In this document: piece by piece, positions 1 to 12,129 of the stretch
How the letters are laid out: every line of letters begins with the position of its first letter
Numbering within the stretch: the first letter of the stretch is position 1
Origin: Eledone cirrhosa
Taxonomy: Eukaryota
DNA: 64,000 bases
Assembly: GCA_964016885.1 (NCBI GenBank)
Contig: OZ024747.1
Location: forward strand, 10,230,001 to 10,294,000
Reading direction: 5' to 3'
The notes under the pieces: generated by a model
The model's database searches: none
What the model saw: the letters and a program-made list of their open reading frames with translations, nothing else
Told to the model about the DNA's origin: nothing
Translations under genes and position numbers: made by a program

Positions 1-9
1 AGACCCCCC

Positions 10-121
10 CCTCTCTCTCTCTCTCTCTGCAGTAGTGGTAGTAGCTGCCGATATACACACTCTCCCCTTCTCTCTCTCTCTCTCTGCAGTAGTGGTAGTA
101 GCTACCGATATACACTCCCCT

Positions 122-163
<42 letters not shown>

Positions 164-365
164 GTAGTGGTAGTAGATTGCCAATGTACACACACTTTCT
201 CACCTTCATCTATCTCTCTCTCACTATACATACATACATACATACATACATATATGTGTATGTGCAGCAGCAGTAGTAGTAGAGGTAATAGCTTACCATA
301 CTCTCTCTTCCACTGTGTGTAGTAGTAGTAGTAGTAGCAGCAGCAGCAGCTTGCAATATACCCCC

Positions 366-399
<34 letters not shown>

Positions 400-482
400 T
401 TCTATACCTTTCATTTATATGTATATTTATGCGGTAGTAGTAGCAGCATCTTGCCATATACACTCTCTCTCTCTCTCTCTCT

Positions 483-522
<40 letters not shown>

Positions 523-550
523 TAGTAATGGTAGTAGCTTGCCATATTAT
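10..550. repeat. Degenerate compound tandem repeat
   Basis: Recurring unit (ct)n-gcagtagtggtagtagctgccgatatacac interleaved with (TA)n and (CT)n runs. Confidence 0.8.
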
Positions 551-1089
551 CTGCTGCTACTTGGCTTCTTTCTTGCCTTGCTTTAGTTGGGTAGCCTACA
601 GAATCAATACGGAGGTCTAGTTGTCATGGCAACATTCCTAGACCTTGGTGTCATCCAGATTTTCCAAAAACTAGGACAGGTGTCTGCTAGTATATCAGAT
701 AATGCTATTATTCCTTTAAAAAAAAAATTAAATAGAATTTTTATAATTTATTTTATTTTATGTATTTTTCTAAAATTTTATATTTCTAACATAGGTTTTC
801 AAATATTTGAAGGGGTGAGGGGAGGAGGCGTTTTATTTTAATTTCTCCCATAATTTTGTTGTATTTAATTAATTTATAATTAAAAGCTTATCAAAGATTT
901 TTTTTTTTTTTAAAGGTGTTAATTTTTGGAAGAACCACAATCTTGAAATGTTGAAATTTTATATCAATTTATTATTTGATATAAACTCTATAATGTATAT
1001 ATAGATATATGATATGTAGATATAAATATAATATATATAGATATATAATATAATATATAGATATAGTTATACAAATATAATATATATAT

Positions 1090-1250
1090 ATGACTTAGTG
1101 GTTAGAGCATTGGCCTTGCAATCGAAAGGTTGTGAGTTCAATTCTCAGACCGGGTGATGTGTTGTTTCCTTGAGCAAGACACTTTATTTCACATTGCTCC
1201 AGTTTACTCAGCTGTAGAAATGAGATGATAGGGACTGGGGTCCCTATCAT
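1090..1250 (+). mobile_element. tRNA-derived CORE-type SINE (family A)
   Basis: A-box-like gacttagtggttagagc, B-box-like gagttcaattctc, and CORE-like tccttgagcaagacacttt. Related copies at ~7985, ~9470, ~34855 (+) and ~37030, ~48930-49200 (-). Confidence 0.8.
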
Positions 1251-1390
1251 TCCACGGCAAAAAAGCACCCAGCACTCACTGTAAATGAGGTTGGTGTTAG
1301 GAAGGGCATCCAGCTGTAGAAATCAAGCCAGAATCAGTTCCCGTCCCACCCTTGCAAGCAGGGAAAAGTGGACGTAAAATGAAATGAATA
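1250..1390 (+). mobile_element. RTE LINE 3'-UTR/tail fragment
   Basis: Near-identical to 53460-53545 (aaaaagcacccagcactcactgtaaatgaggttggtgttaggaagggcatccagctgtagaaatcaagccagaatcagttcc), which follows an RTE ORF. Confidence 0.8.
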
Positions 1391-1394
1391 TATA

Positions 1395-1730
1395 TGCCAC
1401 TATATTTAGCTTTTGTTGATCTAGAGAAGGTCTTTGACAGACTACCTCAATCTATTATCTGGTGGTCCTTAAGGAAATGAGGAGTAGAAGAATGGTTTGT
1501 GAGAGCAATGCAAGCTATGTACAGAGGAGCTGTCAGTAAAGTGAGAGTAGGAAATGAGTTTAGCGAGGAATTCAAGGTTCAGTTGTTAACCCACTCCTGT
1601 TCATCATAGTTCTTCAGGCCATAACAGATGTGTTTAAAACGCACTGCAGATGATATGGAATCAAAAGGTCTGAGAGAAGATAGGACCCAGATTCCTTCAG
1701 GGAAGGGTCCATGGTCAATATGCATTGCAC
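1395..1730 (+). pseudogene. Decayed RTE-type reverse transcriptase fragment
   Basis: Translates PLYLAFVDLEKVFDRLPQSIIWWSLRK*GVEEWFVRAMQAMYRGAVSKVRVGNEFSEEF, the non-LTR RT motif F.DLEKAFD, with a stop and deletions. Confidence 0.8.
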
Positions 1731-1854
1731 ATCGTTCACTTTTCCTTTCATCCTTATGGGGTCGATAAAATAAAGTACGGGTAATGCACTGGGTTCAATT
1801 TAATTGACTTTCCCTTTTCCACAAATTGCTGGTCTTGTGCCTAAATCAGAACGG

Positions 1855-2035
1855 TGGATTGGCAGTATCGGTAGAGGTTCGGACGCCATGCTTTAACGCA
1901 TAGAGTTACGGCCCTTGCCATTCTGAGTTCAAATCCCGCCGAGGTTAACTTTGCCTTTCATCCTTACGGGGTCGATAAAATAAAGTACCAGTAATACACT
2001 GGGTAATTGCTGGCCTTGTGCCAAAAGTAGAAACG
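1855..2035 (+). mobile_element. tRNA-derived SINE (family B, resembling octopus OK-type)
   Basis: Contains tggcagtatcggtagag, gagttcaaatccc, gcctttcatccttacggggtcgataaaataaagtaccag and ttgtgccaaaagtagaaac. Multiple copies in the window. Confidence 0.82.
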
Positions 2036-2311
2036 ATTATTATGTATTTAATTTCAATGTTAGTTTTGTATATTTTGTTTATTTTCTGTGTTGTTTTATT
2101 CCTAATACTTCAGCATTTGTCATTGTTGTGGTTGCTAGCTTGCCAACATTCCATTTCTATCAATGATGGCACCAGATCTTCCTGGTTCCTTGTATGACTT
2201 CAACAGTGAAAGCTACACAACATTATTGATGCAGTGTCTGTGTGTGTGTGTGTGTGTGTGTATACATCAATATATGATTATTTTTATGTATATATGTATG
2301 TTTTTATATTT

Positions 2312-2379
<68 letters not shown>

Positions 2380-2633
2380 GTATATATGTGTTTGTTTGTG
2401 TGTATATGTGTGTGTGTGTTTGTATACATGTACATGTGTGGTGATGGTGGTGGTCAGTTTTACTTGAAAAGATCCATGGTGTGGGGAAGAACAATAGAAT
2501 GATGCAGTGGGTGAGAGTGGTCCCACAACTCTGTATATTGAGTGGGGTGGGGCCTTTCTATACATCTATATTTACTGGGAGGGGGGGGCTCCCTACTTAT
2601 CTACAACTATATACTAGAATATTGTCCTCTATT

Positions 2634-2838
2634 TTGACCCTTTAATGTTAAAACCGGTCAGAATTCTCTACCTCTTTCTGTTGAAACTGGCTGTAACTAG
2701 CCACTCATACTGATGTTAAGGTATTGTTCTCAAAATAAATACTTTCAAAATCTCATAGATTCGATATTATGTGAGGTAAAGCCTTTACCATGAAAATATG
2801 ATAGTATATATAGAGTAATGTGAATGCTAAAGGGTTAA
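2634..2838 (+). mobile_element. piggyBac-like MITE
   Basis: CCCTTTA...TAAAGGG termini with a 3' TTAA. Same family as 5177-5384. Confidence 0.8.
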
Positions 2839-3503
2839 AGGCAGTAATATGACTTAATTTGACTTGAATCAGTGTTAGGCAGATAACTCCATAGAATCTC
2901 CTTCATTTGGCATACATAATTTCCATTTTGAAGGTATTAGAGTTTTGTGTCTGGTTCACAGATTTATATTGTGTGGGTTATATTTATTTGTATATAAAAT
3001 ATAATTGTTTCTACTTTTGGCACAAGGCCAGCATTTATCTCAGTGTATTACTGGTACTTTATTTTATCAACCCCCGTAAGGAGGAAAGGCAAAGTTTAAC
3101 CTCGGTGGGATTTGAACTCAAACCAAATCCCACCGCGGTTAACTTTGTATATATAATATAATGTATTATAGTTATTCTCAACACGGTTTCGTTGCTACCA
3201 TTGGTTTCCAACCCCGCATTTGGGGCTTAGTTTGTGTGTTGGCACTCCTGCATGCGAGGCCTTCATTCAAGCAACTGTGTGTGTATACATACATACATAT
3301 ATATATATGTATGTATGTATACAAATCAACTTTTTCAAATACAAGTCGATGTTGAACGGTATGTCAAATCTATTTATCTATAAAACTATCTATATTGTAT
3401 TTTGTCTGAGGAAGGCATAACATATTGTTAATATGATATCCCTGTAATATATATAATGAAATAAATATGGTTTTATAAATATAGTTTCCATTTATTTAAT
3501 ATC

Positions 3504-3566
<63 letters not shown>

Positions 3567-5176
3567 CATCATCGGTTTTCCAGGCTTGCATGGTTGCTAG
3601 CTTGCCAACATTCCACTTCTATCAATGATGGCACCAGATCTTAGTTCCTGGTCCCTTGTATGACTTCAACAGTAGGTGTATATATATTTACACACACTGT
3701 AGCAGCAATAATCATCACAACCTACTCAATGAATTGGGAATTGGAAATTGCATTTGTTTTGTTTTTTTTTTTTGTTCGTTTGTTTTTTTATTATAAAAAA
3801 AAAGTTGATATAAAATTGAATCTCAGGTAGTTTATCATGTTGTAAATATATCTGAGTTGTAGATAAGGTTTCCTTCCTTCATCACCTTATCAATTGTCAT
3901 TTGTCATCACTGGAAACTTTTCTTTAGTCAGTAACAACTGATATATAACTAAATACTTGTTTATCTTAAAGGGAAGTGACTCTGAGAGTTGGGGGGGGGG
4001 GTAATATCTTGTTCTCTCTCTCTCTCTCTCTCTCTATTTATGCGTGTGTGTTTCTCTCTTTTGAGTTTAAAATTTTTTCCGGTTACCATCATGTTTATAT
4101 CTGTATACGCTCTCTCTCTCTCTCTCTCTACTTATATGAAAGGTCTCTGCCCCATTACAGGCCGTTAGTCAGTTTTCGTCTTCATTCCAGGATATTATTG
4201 CTGATTCTCCTATATTGTGTTATTATTGAAGCCAGTAGTATAGTTGTTGTTTTTTTTGGCGGGGGGGGGGGGGGGGGGTCTGGATTTTGCTAAGATCTTT
4301 GCACGGGTTGTAAACTGGTAAAACCTGTTCAGAACCAACTTATTTATCACTGTGACTGTATTACCTGGTTTCTATGATTGTTGATCCATAATATACTGAC
4401 ATAGCCACGCTGGCTGTTTCATGGTTTCCTCGAATACAAACTGTTTTAGTCATGTGCGTGTGTGTATATATGTTTATGTGTTGCCATTGTTCTGAAAGTT
4501 ACTATTGGTATATTGTTTTCATTACTGCAGACCTAAGTGTCACTGACCTCAGCTACTTTAGTTGCACTGAGACAGTTATTACAAGGTCTGTTTGTTGACT
4601 TGCTAGAAATAGCAGCTAAATGCTCTTTTAAGTCAGACCCTGCCTTCTTAAAAGGAAAGAAAAATATTGGAAAATGTTCTCTTAGATGTGAACAGTTATA
4701 AAAAATATATATATATATATATATACAGGATGACCCTTTGAACTCCTTTGATCAACAGACTTCTAGACCAGATCTAAGATGTCTTTATTGCAACAAATTA
4801 CTCTTGTAATTACAAGATATGGGGAAGGGGTCATCTATATTGTTATTCAAATCTTACTATCTGATGAAAAAGGGAGGCTAAACTCTCACTAATCTAAGCC
4901 TGGTGGAGACGGAATGAAAGGCGCGTTACTGGCGCCTTAAAACCAGTTTCTTGGGCAGACAGGATTTATTAGTCTGTGGCGCATTTAAGTGAAGAAAAAC
5001 ACTGATTTAAAAACTCCACTGCTTTTTGGCTATACCCACTCATAAGAAGGGCTTTGGAAGTCAACTCTGGGGAAAATGTCCAGAGCCAGAGTTCAAGACT
5101 GTAATCAACAATGTCCTGGCATCTCCTGCGACTGCTGGAACCATGTGTATTGGCACTTGACTTTCCATTGTATTAT

Positions 5177-5384
5177 TTAACCCTTTAATGTTCAAACCGG
5201 CCAAAACCAGCCAGAATTCCCTACCTTTTCTGTTGAAACTGGCTGTAACTGGTCACTCAAACTGATGTTAAGGTATTGTTCTCAAAATAATTGCTTTCAA
5301 AACCTCTCGATATTGTGCGAGATAAAGCCTTTACCATGAAAATATAATAGTATATATAGAGTAATGTGAATGCTAAAGGGTTAA
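5177..5384 (+). mobile_element. piggyBac-like MITE
   Basis: TTAA|CCCTTTA ... TAAAGGG|TTAA: TTAA target duplication and CCC/GGG termini, ~200 bp. Confidence 0.85.
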
Positions 5385-6431
5385 GCAACGTGCAGGGTGG
5401 GGTGTATTGCATGAGCAGGAGTCTATCAGTTATAAATCTATGGCTGGAATCTAGGGGCTGCCATTCTTAAATAGGCCTGCCAAACCACAACAGATGCTGC
5501 ACTATAAACAGCATCCTCTGCACAATCCCATAGCCTCTTGAGATAGATGCCGAAGAAGATTTATCATATGCTCTAAATTTAAAATTGGAGGTCAACTTTA
5601 CCTTTCATCCTTTCGGTGGGGGTAAGTGGGGTATCAATAAAATAAAGTACCAATCTAAGGTGTGGATTAGCAGAATTGTTAGAATGACAGATGAGGTGAC
5701 TTATGGTATTTTTTCTGTCTCTTTACATTCTGAATCCAAATCATCTGTGGCCTACTTGGGTGGTACACTTAAAGTATTGGTGGATTTAATACTACGATTT
5801 GGTCCTTGGTCACCTTTAATGGAGACCCAAGGATGGTACACTTAATAAAGTATTGGTGGATTTGGTCTTTGGTCCTTGAGCACCTTTAATGGAGTCCATT
5901 CTATTGTAAATATTCAAGCAATGGAGACATGTAACATAGTGGAGAGGGTGTTGGACTCAGTCATTAGGCCTAGAATGGGTGGCATGTTGTCTTCTTGAAC
6001 AAGATGCTTCATTACACATTGCTTGTCAGGGTAAGACTAGTCATCACTATCATTAAATCACTTGAGAAACCTATGAAATGTAACCTCAAAGGAGGCTAAA
6101 ATCTGCAATTGTGAACTGTAAATTTCATTTTTTTAAACAAATCTGAGAAACAGGTCCATAGTTCGTCTGAGAAGTCATTAACTTAGATTAAGAACTGATT
6201 TGGGTGTTAAATATTATTTTGGTGCCCCATTGATTTGGTTTGTGCTGTCTTTGAGTGTGTGAACATATATATATGTCTGGTATAGTGTGTGTGTGATGTG
6301 TATTGTATGTATATGTCTGGTATAGTGTGTGTGTGATGTGTATTGTATGTATATGCTTGAATGTGAGTACATTCAATATATAGAAACAATATTGTTTGTT
6401 TTTACATTAAAATATTCTCTCTCTGTTGCAG

Positions 6432-6534
6432 GAAAGTGATAACCTTTGGTGGGATGCCTTTGCAACAGAATTCTTTGAAGATGATGCAACATTAACTTTA
6501 ACATTCTGTTTAGAAGATGGTCTAAAACGATACA
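6432..6534 (+). CDS. LDB: LIM domain-binding protein (LDB1/2, Chip family), first exon seen in window; dimerization domain
   Basis: Boundaries ttgcag|GAA and TACA|gtaagt. Translates ESDNLWWDAFATEFFEDDATLTLTFCLEDGLKRY, matching the LDB/Chip motif DNLWWDAF.TEFFEDDA. 103 nt, ends in phase 1. Confidence 0.96.
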
Positions 6535-7431
6535 GTAAGTATCCCATAACAATATTGTCTCCTCTCTCTACTACTACTACTTTTACAGAGCTGGCTGGCC
6601 TTATGTCACTTCAGATACTCAGTACAGTCACATGTTACCTGACACTCGGTACAGTCACATGTCACCTGACACTCAGTACAATCAACAAAATAATTTGCTC
6701 TAGAAAAGGGAGATAAACCCTTCCTCATTCAGACTTACAACCTCATTGCTGTAATGTTATTTAGTTCTTCACTTGAGTTCCTAGTGTCCATCAGTAGCAT
6801 GAATAGCACTGTAGCACATACACACATACACACTTATGTGTGTGCCAGGAAATCCCAGTGTAAGAGAGCCACAAGAAAGAAAGTAGACCAAGAAAGACCT
6901 GGGAGAGGTAGTGAGAAGGTCCTGTCCAACCCATGCAAATGTGGAAAAGCAGACGTAAAAACGATGACGATGATTATATATATTGTTAGTCAATTGTAGA
7001 GGGAGAATATTAAGAACACTTTTTTTAATGGATTATCAGGTTTAAGTTATTAAAAAGTTAAAGATTTGTTATTAAGTCCCAGGTAGTACTGATCAAACAA
7101 ATCTATCAAGGGTCAGAAATTGGGGAGGGGGCATTGAAAGGGTTGATGTTAAGGAAGCATTTAGCTGTAAAACATTCTCAAAACATCCCATCCAACCATG
7201 CCAGCATAGAAAAGTGGACATAAAAAAAATTATGTTTTCCAACGTCTGCATGCAAGATTTCAGTTCTAGCATCATTCCTTCATAGACCGCCTACAAATTT
7301 TTCAGCTGACCCTCTTACAAAGACAATGTATAGAAAACTGCACACAAACAGATCAATAAATATATATTGTAGTATTTGTTGTGAAATCTTGATGCATTGG
7401 AGCTTCTCTCAAAAGATCCGTTATATTTACT

Positions 7432-7616
7432 TTCACCCTTTAGTATTTAAACCGGCCATAACCAGTCACTCATACTGATGTTAAGATTTTGTTCTCAAAA
7501 TTAATATCAGAATTCCATAGACTCGATATTATGTGAGATAATTATGCAAGAAGATAAACTCTTTACCATGAAAATTCAAGAGTATATATAAAGTAATGTA
7601 AATGCTAGAGGGTTAA
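7432..7616 (+). mobile_element. piggyBac-like MITE
   Basis: Same family. Ends GAGGG|TTAA, 46 nt before an LDB exon. Confidence 0.8.
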
Positions 7617-7662
7617 TTAGACTTTTTAACTGTGAACTAACTTTTCTGATTTTCTTTTTCAG

Positions 7663-7835
7663 CAATTGGACGAACTTTAATACCTCGCTATTTTCGCAGT
7701 ATTTTTGAAGGTGGCATTACAGATCTCTACTACTTACTAAAACATCCCAAAGAATCATTCCATAATACAACCATTTCACTAGACTGTGACCAGGCTATGA
7801 TGATCACCCATCATGGCAAACCCATGTTTACTAAG
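7663..7835 (+). CDS. LDB: LDB exon (dimerization domain)
   Basis: Boundaries ttttcag|CA and AAG|gtatc. Translates (T)IGRTLIPRYFRSIFEGGITDLYYLLKHPKESFHNTTISLDCDQAMMITHHGKPMFTK. Phase is consistent with the previous exon. Confidence 0.96.
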
Positions 7836-8599
7836 GTATCAATTATTATAAAATTGAAATATTTTAACATATGTTGTCTATTTTGTTATAAATAAGGACC
7901 CTTTTGCAACCATATTTTTAACTACATTTCATATAAAAAAATAATCTTGATTACATATATTTTACCGGGACCTTTTGTAAAGTAAAGGTGTGGTTAGGGA
8001 ATTGGATTCACAATCGTAAGCTTGTGAGTTCCAATTCCCAGACCGGGCGATGCTTTGTCGTTGAGCAAGACATGTTATTTCATGTTGCTCTTTCTGCCAG
8101 GAGTGGAGACAGGTAGATAGTATCAGTAATGGAAAGACCAATGGAAACATTGTTTCCTTGGTCCAATTTGATGAGGTCTAGGATCTTGTCTATTGACTTC
8201 TTTCCTTCACAAAAACCCATCCTCTTGTGTCTATATACAAAATGGCAGATTAGAACTTATTGATTATATATGGGAGTTGGGAAAGGGTTTTTTTTATGTT
8301 TAGCCCCAGATCAGCCTTAATGAAGCTGATCTAGTCCTTCTGGCAATCTACACTGGGTTATATTCTGTGTTCTTCCTTGTATATTTTAATGTTTAGCCCC
8401 AGATCAGCTTGATCAAGAAATTATAATGGAGTGTCTTTTTAATATGAATATGAACACTTTATATAATAGATGGGTTCCCGATGTATATTGCAAGGTGACC
8501 ACAATTAAAAAAAGTACTCAATACCTTGGAGTATAGGCATCTTTATTTTATTATAGAAATGACTTCTACAAGACTAGAACTGTTTCATTCATAAGAAAT

Positions 8600-8642
<43 letters not shown>

Positions 8643-8688
8643 TACCTGTACAGGTGATAACGTGAATGTTTCTTGTTTAATTTTTCAG

Positions 8689-8811
8689 GTAGTCACTGAA
8701 GGAAGATTGATATTAGAATTTACATTTGATGACCTCATGAGAATTCGATCATGGCATTTTGCTACCAGACAACATCGAGAATTAATTCCGAGAAGTGTAA
8801 TAGCAATGCAG
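8689..8811 (+). CDS. LDB: LDB exon
   Basis: Boundaries ttttcag|GTA and CAG|gtact. Translates VVTEGRLILEFTFDDLMRIRSWHFATRQHRELIPRSVIAMQ. Confidence 0.96.
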
Positions 8812-8897
<86 letters not shown>

Positions 8898-9161
8898 TTT
8901 AGCAGGTTCTCTTCAGCTGCTTTCCATTCCAATTACATACCACTTTACATGACAACTTCCCTAATGTTGGTGCCATGGTGCCACCATAAAATACACTTGG
9001 TAAAGCGTGATATCATCTGTTGGACCCTCCCAGGCCACCTGGAAGTCAGACGCTCCATATGATTACTGGCCGCTCTGTGACATGTACCAACCCTTCCTAC
9101 CAAGGAAAGCATGTTAACTTATGTATATGATGTGTTTACCTATCAAGTGTTAGTACCTGGT

Positions 9162-9377
9162 TTAACCCTTTAATGTTCAAACTGGCCAAAACTGGCCACA
9201 ATTCTCTACCTTTTTCCTGTTGAAACTGGCTGTAACTGGTCACTCAAACTGATGTTAAGGTATTGTTCTCAAAGTAAATACTTTCAAAATCTCATAGATT
9301 CGATATTATGTGAGTTAAAGCATTTACCATGAAAATACAATAGTATATATAGAGTAATGTGAATGCTCTTGGGTTAA
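9162..9377 (+). mobile_element. piggyBac-like MITE
   Basis: TTAA|CCCTTTAATGTTCAAAC ... GGG|TTAA. Confidence 0.82.
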
Positions 9378-9469
9378 GTGAAGTCACATCACTGTCTTTA
9401 CTGTACTGGAGTCTCTGACAAGGGCACATAACTCTGATTGCTCTAATTTACTAAGCCATGCGCACGGGA

Positions 9470-9632
9470 AGGCGCATGGCTTAGTGGTTAGAGCATTGGG
9501 CTTGCAATCAAAAGGTGATGAGTTCAATTCTCGGACCAAGTGATGTTGTTTCCTTGAGCAAGACACTTATTTTATGTTGCTCCAGTTTACTCAGCTGTAG
9601 ATATGAGATGATAGGACTGGGGTCCCTATCAT
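9470..9632 (+). mobile_element. CORE-type SINE (family A)
   Basis: ggcgcatggcttagtggttagagc...ccttgagcaagacac. Matches 1090-1250. Confidence 0.8.
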
Positions 9633-9651
9633 TAAGACACCAATTGAATCG

Positions 9652-9765
9652 GCCCCAGTACATTACTGGTACTTTATTCTATTGACCCCGTAAGGATGAA
9701 AGGCAAAGTTAACCTAGACAGTATTTGAACTCAGAACGTAAAGGACCATAACTCTATGCTACAAA
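9652..9765 (-). mobile_element. SINE family B fragment
   Basis: Reverse complement of the core gcctttcatccttacggggtcaatagaataaagtaccag. Confidence 0.75.
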
Positions 9766-9784
9766 TTGTGTATGTATGTGTATA

Positions 9785-10375
9785 TTTACAGTTAATGTGT
9801 GTGTTTATGACAATAATTACAGTTTCTATGGGTGTGTTTGACAATATTTACTGTTTATGTGTGTGTTTATGACCATATTTACAGTTTATGTGTGTGTTTA
9901 TGACAATATTTACAGTTTCTATGTGTGTGTTTATGACAATATTTACAGTTTCTATGTGTGTTTATGACAATATTTACAGTTTCTATGTGTGTTTATGACA
10001 ATATTTACAGTTTCTATGTGTGTTTATGACAATAATTACAGTTTCTATGTGTGTTTATGACAATATTTACAGTTTATGTGTGTATTTATGACAATAATTA
10101 CAGTTTCTATGTGTGTGTTTATGACAATATTTACAGTTTCTATGGGTGTGTTTATGACAATATTTATAGTTTCTATGGGTGTGTTTATGACAATAATTAC
10201 AGTTTCTATGTGTGTGTTTATGACAATATTTACAGTTTCTATGTGTGTTTATGACAATATTTACAGTTTCTATGTGTGTTTATGACAATAATTACAGTTT
10301 CTATGTGTGTTTATGACAATAATTACAGTTTCTATGGGTGTGTTTATGACAATATTTACTGTTTATGTCAACAAT
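9785..10375. repeat. Minisatellite, ~31-33 bp unit
   Basis: atgacaatatttacagtttctatgtgtgttt repeated roughly 18 times. Confidence 0.92.
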
Positions 10376-10406
10376 ATTTTTATTCTATTTTGCTCTTGTC
10401 TTACAG

Positions 10407-10487
10407 CAAGATCCTGCTATGGTTGAACAATTAAGTAAAAACATTACAAGACAAGGTCTGACAAATTATACACTTAACTTTTTACGG
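10407..10487 (+). CDS. LDB: LDB exon
   Basis: Boundaries ttacag|CAA and CGG|gtgagt. Translates QDPAMVEQLSKNITRQGLTNYTLNFLR. Confidence 0.95.
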
Positions 10488-10605
10488 GTGAGTTATTTCT
10501 TTCTTGTATTGTTTCTTTTCCAAAACTAGAATATAACTTGTGGTCGGGGTGCTTTGTATATCTAGGTGGTGGGGGAAAACAAAGCTCTGTCTTTTTTTCT
10601 GGTTA

Positions 10606-10645
<40 letters not shown>

Positions 10646-10650
<5 letters not shown>

Positions 10651-10946
10651 CTACTCCATTACCAAAGGTTTCTGGATCTCAGACAATATTAATATACATC
10701 TGGATTGGTCATCAAACAGATGTTATTGATAAAAAATATGAAATGAGATTTAAAATCTGTTAAAAATGAGGCAGGAAAAACAATTTTTAACAGATTTTAA
10801 ATCTCATTTCATATTTTTTATCCATACCCATGCTAGCGTGGAAGGTGGACGTTAAACGATGATGATGAACATCTGTCTGATGACTGATCCAGACATATAT
10901 TAATATTGTCTGTGATCCAGAAACCTTTGGTAATGGAGTAGTTATA
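10646..10946. repeat. Long inverted repeat (foldback) interrupted by an RTE-tail insertion
   Basis: Left arm 10646-~10768 is the reverse complement of ~10782-10822 plus ~10868-10946. Confidence 0.9.
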
Positions 10947-11060
10947 TATTGTGTTGTTCACTTTCTAATTAAATAGCTCTGTTCTATACATAGAGCACTC
11001 TTTTTTCCTTTGCTTTTCCTTTGGAATTACCTAACATATATATATATATATATATATATA

Positions 11061-11368
11061 CCATATTTGACAGCTTATAAGACATACTTTTTCTTTTTCA
11101 AAACAATATGCCATCCTCCTGCATCTTATAGGGTCAAGAGTCAGTTACTGGTTAATGGAGTTCTAGTGCTGCAGTGGCCCTTAACTTAAATTTTCACACT
11201 TTATGTTGTAAAAATGTGCTAAAATATTACAGCTAGAATTACAATGTAGAATGATAAAAATATGATGTACAAAGTTTAGACCCTTCACCTGACATTTGTA
11301 GTTTAAACCCATTTATTTTTGTTTTAAATGCCTGCCTAAACTCATGTCTTATAAGCTGTCAAATACAG
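11061..11368. mobile_element. Tc1/pogo-like MITE
   Basis: TIRs ccatatttgacagcttataagacat and atgtcttataagctgtcaaatacag, flanked by TA. Confidence 0.7.
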
Positions 11369-12129
11369 TATATGCATACATACATACATACGTACGTATG
11401 TATGTATGTGTTATATGAGGAGCCTACCAAAGCTTAACTACTACATCTGGTCCTGGGTGGTGGTGTCTTATTAATAGAAGCAGGGTTTGGTTGCAGTAAC
11501 TAGTAGTTGTTGTAGTGGTGGTAGTAATAGTAGTTAGAGCTGTGTTCTTATTGTGAGAGTCTGTATTGAAAGAAATTGTTACCAGCAGCTTTGGGGACAT
11601 CATGCATCTCCATATCAACCACAAGTTGTGAAGAAAAAATATTTTATTTATCAGCATGAGACAAAATAACTTGTTCTTTTTTAATCTGATTTTGCGTGTA
11701 TGTATCATCATCATCATACTTGATTTTTCCATGAGACATTCTAACCACATGCCAATAATATCGGGGCTATGATCGCTCGATTTGGAGAAGTAGCGGCTCT
11801 ACCTGGAGTGACTCTGATCTCTGAACTAAGCACTTTATCGAGTAATGTAATTCCAAAGAGCCTTTGGAGAAACCCCATTCAGCCACTTAATTTTAAAAAA
11901 AAAAGGAAGAAAGATGATAGTTTTTAGGAAGATTATCCAACCAAAGATAGAACATAAAAGATTTGGCTGCTCTGGTCTGTCCCAGACTGTGACATGTCTA
12001 ACCCATGCCGACAGGGAAAGGGGACATATGATGATGATAAATTAGTTTAATTCTGCAGTATTTGGTCATCAGTTTTTTTTTTTGTTTTATAACTTTACAA
12101 AGTTTTCTATTATCTCTCTTTCTTTGTAG

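Noticed and set aside
1-6431. Upstream LDB exon(s) encoding the N-terminal YRI.ELNKRLQ segment
   Set aside because: No such sequence was found by eye. It probably lies upstream of the window, so it was not annotated.
9470-9545. tRNA genes suggested by A/B boxes
   Set aside because: The boxes are followed by SINE core sequence, there is no complete cloverleaf, and multiple diverged copies exist. These are SINE heads.
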